Source: Planctomycetota bacterium (GTDB lineage Bacteria > Planctomycetota > UBA1135). Taken from it: a stretch of 53,165 bases of DNA. The stretch lies in contig JACNIZ010000227.1 in NCBI GenBank assembly GCA_014382805.1, positions 1 through 53,165 of the forward strand, written 5' to 3'. The translations under genes were made by a program, and so were the position numbers. The notes beneath the pieces were generated by a model that was given only the letters and a program-made list of their open reading frames with translations, did no database searches and was not told the origin of the DNA. Position 1 is the stretch's first letter. Each line of letters begins with the position of its first letter. Of the stretch, positions 50,787 through 53,165 are shown piece by piece.

Positions 50787-50862
50787 GTTGCGTGGGGGGA
50801 TCCCCGGCGGCAAGGATTCCGCTTCGCTCCATCAAAAGCCGCCGGGGATCCCCCCACGCAAC
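50787..50862. repeat. hairpin element 1: 24-bp perfect stem around a 28-nt conserved loop
   Basis: GTTGCGTGGGGGGATCCCCGGCGG (50787-50810), loop CAAGGATTCCGCTTCGCTCCATCAAAAG, exact complement 50839-50862. Confidence 0.9.
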
Positions 50863-51038
50863 TCACATTAATCAGATATCGTTGAACAGTTTAATCGTTG
50901 GACGAAGGGAGCACCTGTTGGGTGGAGATAGGTTTAATGCGGTTCATGATTGAGGATTTATTGCGTTAATCCTCCCCTCGGTGAACTACTTTTTGGGTCT
51001 GAGTCCTCTGTTCCTGTGGCAGAATATGTGAGTATGTA

Positions 51039-51110
51039 TTTTGAGTAGTATTTCCGGCGACTTTTGATGGAGCGAAGCGGAATCCTTGCCGCCGGAAATA
51101 CTACTCAAAA
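51039..51110. repeat. hairpin element 2: 21-bp perfect stem around the same loop in reverse orientation
   Basis: TTTTGAGTAGTATTTCCGGCG (51039-51059), exact complement 51090-51110; 51061-51088 is the exact reverse complement of the element-1 loop; 41/42 identity over CCGGCGG-loop-CCGCCGG. Confidence 0.9.
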
Positions 51111-51153
51111 GACACCCCACCAAATCCACCCATAAACCCTGCTAAGATCCAGC

Positions 51154-53165
51154 ATGACCACCCACCGTCGATTGTTGATTCTTGTGATAGTTTTGGCGGT
51201 GGTCATTGCGGGATGGAAGGGGTGGGGGTTTTATCGGGGGTTGTTGGAGGGCGGACTTCCGCAGCGGGGTGGGGAAGCGCGGTTGGTGGGGTTGAAGGGT
51301 GATGTGGTGGTGCAGACGGATGAGTGGGGGGTGCCGTATTTGAGTGGGGAGAGTTTGGAGGATGTGGTTAGGGCTATGGGATGGGTGCATGCGAATGATC
51401 GATTTGCACAGATGGAGTTGAATAGGCGTGTGGTGTCGGGACGGTTGGCCGAGGTTATCGGGGAGGCTGGATTGGAGATGGATCGGACTATGTTGGAGTT
51501 GCGAGTGCGGGGGATTGCGGAGAAGGCTGTTGCTGGGATGCGTGCTGATTCTTTGGAGTTGTTGAAGATTTATGCGGAGGGAGTGAATGCATGGTTGGAT
51601 TCACGGGGTGAGGATTTGCAGCCGTTCTTTCAGCTGACTGGCTTGCAGCCTGAGCCTTGGACGCCGGTGGATTCAATGTGTGTGCCGGCGCTGTTGGCCG
51701 TGAGCTTGTCGTTTATTACTAAGCGTGCAGAGGAGGAGCGGTATTTGGTTTTGCGGGAATTGGGGGTGGACGCGGCGATGGATTGGATTGGTGAGGAAGT
51801 AGAGGTGCCGGAGGGGTTGTTGGATTTGGCTTATGAGCCGGAGTGGTTGGCTGGTGTTGAATCGGTGCCGTCAGCTGGTGGATCGGGGAATGCGGCGCAG
51901 GCTTCGCCCGGGAGTACACCGGGAGGGAGTAATAACTGGGCGGTTTCGGGAGCGTTATCTGCGAACGGGTCGGCGTTGGTTGCTAATGACCCGCACTTGG
52001 GATTGCGGTTGCCGTCGATTTGGTATCAGATTCATTTGCGCTGTCCACAGATGGAGGTGGCGGGGATGAGTATTGCTGGGGTGCCGGGGGTGGTGCTGGG
52101 GCATAACCAGAATTTGGCGTGGGCGTTTACTAATGTGATGATGGACGATAATGATTTGTTGTTTGAAAAGGCGAATGAGGATTTGACGCAGGATTTGACG
52201 CAGGTTTTGCGCGACGGTGAGTGGGTGGATGTGCGGCGAAGCAGTAAGGAAATTTTGGTGGATGGAGGGAATCGTGTTGAGGTTTTGATTTATGAGACTG
52301 ATCTTGGGCCCATGTTGCCGCCGGATGCGGAAAGCGGATTGCCGGCGCGGACTTTGCTGTGGTCGGCGTATCACTTGACCGATCCGATGACACCGTTTTT
52401 GGATATGGGGAGGGCGTCTACGGTTGAGGAAGCGATTGCGGCGGCGAATCGATATCAGGCGCCGGCGCAGAACGTCGTAATTGGGCACACGGATGGGCGC
52501 ATCGCTTGGACTATGTTTGGGCGATCGCCACTGCGCAATCGTGAAATGGGGCGTCTGCCTTCGCCTGCTTGGAATAAGAGTTATCGCTGGAGTGGATTGG
52601 CGGAGCCGGCGATGAATCCTGTGATTCAGCCTGGGCAGCGGGACTCGATAGTGACCGCGAATAGTTTGGTGGAGGGCGGCGGTGAATCTTTGCAGGCTGA
52701 TTACGACACGGCGTTTCGGCGCCAGCGCATTACGGAGTTGTTGCAGGGTAAAAGTGGTTGGTCGGCGGAGTCGTTGAGTGGTCCGCAATCGGATGTGCAA
52801 AATTCTTACGCGTTGTATTTATTGGCTGCATTGCCTAGCGAAATTCCCGATGACATTGACAAGGATGCGCAGGAAATCCTTGATGAATTGCGCCAATGGG
52901 ATGGTGTGGATGAAGTCGAAGGCCCTGCCGCTTTGTTTTGGTTATTTGAGCGCGAACTATGGTCGGCAATATTTGACGACGAACTCAAAAAGCACCACAT
53001 TCCAATGCCTTGGACTTTTTTGCAGCGTCAAAAACTGCTGCGGGTATTGGAAGGAACGGCTCGCCACCCGTGGGCCGATAACGTCGACACCGTGGAAGTC
53101 GAAACTTTGAATCTGAAGATTATTTTCCTTGGATCCAACTCGAATCATACTCTGGACATCATGAA
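51154..53165 (+). CDS. penicillin acylase/AHL acylase family (Ntn hydrolase, S45), 3'-truncated by the window end
   Basis: Not in the ORF track because there is no stop in the window. My translation from ATG 51154: MTTHRRLLILVIVLAVVIAGW..., DEWGVPYL, HANDRFAQMEL, nucleophile motif GGSNNWAVSG, ANDPHLG; the frame stays open to 53165. Confidence 0.85.
   Translation, partial: MTTHRRLLILVIVLAVVIAGWKGWGFYRGLLEGGLPQRGGEARLVGLKGDVVVQTDEWGVPYLSGESLEDVVRAMGWVHANDRFAQMELNRRVVSGRLAEVIGEAGLEMDRTMLELRVRGIAEKAVAGMRADSLELLKIYAEGVNAWLDSRGEDLQPFFQLTGLQPEPWTPVDSMCVPALLAVSLSFITKRAEEERYLVLRELGVDAAMDWIGEEVEVPEGLLDLAYEPEWLAGVESVPSAGGSGNAAQASPGSTPGGSNNWAVSGALSANGSALVANDPHLGLRLPSIWYQIHLRCPQMEVAGMSIAGVPGVVLGHNQNLAWAFTNVMMDDNDLLFEKANEDLTQDLTQVLRDGEWVDVRRSSKEILVDGGNRVEVLIYETDLGPMLPPDAESGLPARTLLWSAYHLTDPMTPFLDMGRASTVEEAIAAANRYQAPAQNVVIGHTDGRIAWTMFGRSPLRNREMGRLPSPAWNKSYRWSGLAEPAMNPVIQPGQRDSIVTANSLVEGGGESLQADYDTAFRRQRITELLQGKSGWSAESLSGPQSDVQNSYALYLLAALPSEIPDDIDKDAQEILDELRQWDGVDEVEGPAALFWLFERELWSAIFDDELKKHHIPMPWTFLQRQKLLRVLEGTARHPWADNVDTVEVETLNLKIIFLGSNSNHTLDIM

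Noticed and set aside
50541-50953. Several 70-100-aa ORFs on both strands in the narK2-acylase intergenic region
   Set aside because: They run through the terminator and the palindromic repeat and encode mirror-image GIPPRN peptides. They are artefacts of the inverted repeats.
51955-52800. 281-aa minus-strand ORF (P/R/H/Q-rich), plus smaller minus-strand ORFs at 51142-51919
   Set aside because: These are antisense to the acylase ORF, which has clear family motifs. They stay open only because the antisense strand is C/A-rich and so lacks stop codons.

Overview
53.2-kb chromosomal window with about 45 protein-coding genes. I saw no rRNA, tRNA, CRISPR array, transposase or integrase. All calls come from reading the six-frame ORF track and the raw sequence by eye; no searches were run. 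Gene content looks like the PVC/Planctomycetota type (ECF sigma factor coupled to a Ser/Thr kinase, FG-GAP protein, heparinase-like lipoprotein), but that placement is inference only.

Gene order:
- orphan ABC ATPase
- STAND-like ATPase placed divergently to an orphan ParD antitoxin
- ECF sigma factor plus Ser/Thr kinase
- complete cbb3 oxidase cluster (fused ccoNO, ccoQ, monoheme ccoP, ccoG, ccoH, a TauE-like gene, ccoI, ccoS)
- nucleotide-sugar and polysaccharide genes
- FG-GAP protein, split S41 peptidase, M1 peptidase, APC permease, exported SAM methyltransferase
- tightly coupled operon of a YtrA-type GntR regulator, ABC ATPase, membrane protein and two beta-lactamase-fold hydrolases
- sensor kinase, sigma-54 activator, PLP decarboxylase, secreted hypothetical protein
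- respiratory nitrate-reductase cluster narC-GHJI-K1-K2
- the 5' part of a penicillin-acylase-family gene running off the window

The most interesting candidate is a possibly undescribed regulatory circuit for nitrate respiration. It has three parts:
- a membrane histidine kinase whose cytoplasmic PAS region carries a C-x11-C-x2-C-x11-C cluster
- a translationally coupled NtrC-type sigma-54 activator
- two TGCAT-N8-ATGCA dyads about 105 and 170 bp upstream of a consensus-perfect -24/-12 sigma-54 promoter (TGGCAC-N5-TTGCAT) directly in front of a Thermus-like narCGHJIKT operon

Other notable signals:
- two long perfect hairpins with unrelated stems but the same 28-nt loop, in opposite orientation, downstream of narK2
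- an extreme G+T-rich stretch (G about 50% on the coding strand) over the 5' part of the acylase gene, which fades inside the ORF
- a 16-bp perfect dyad between the ParD-like gene and the ATPase gene
- a probable frameshift splitting the S41 peptidase
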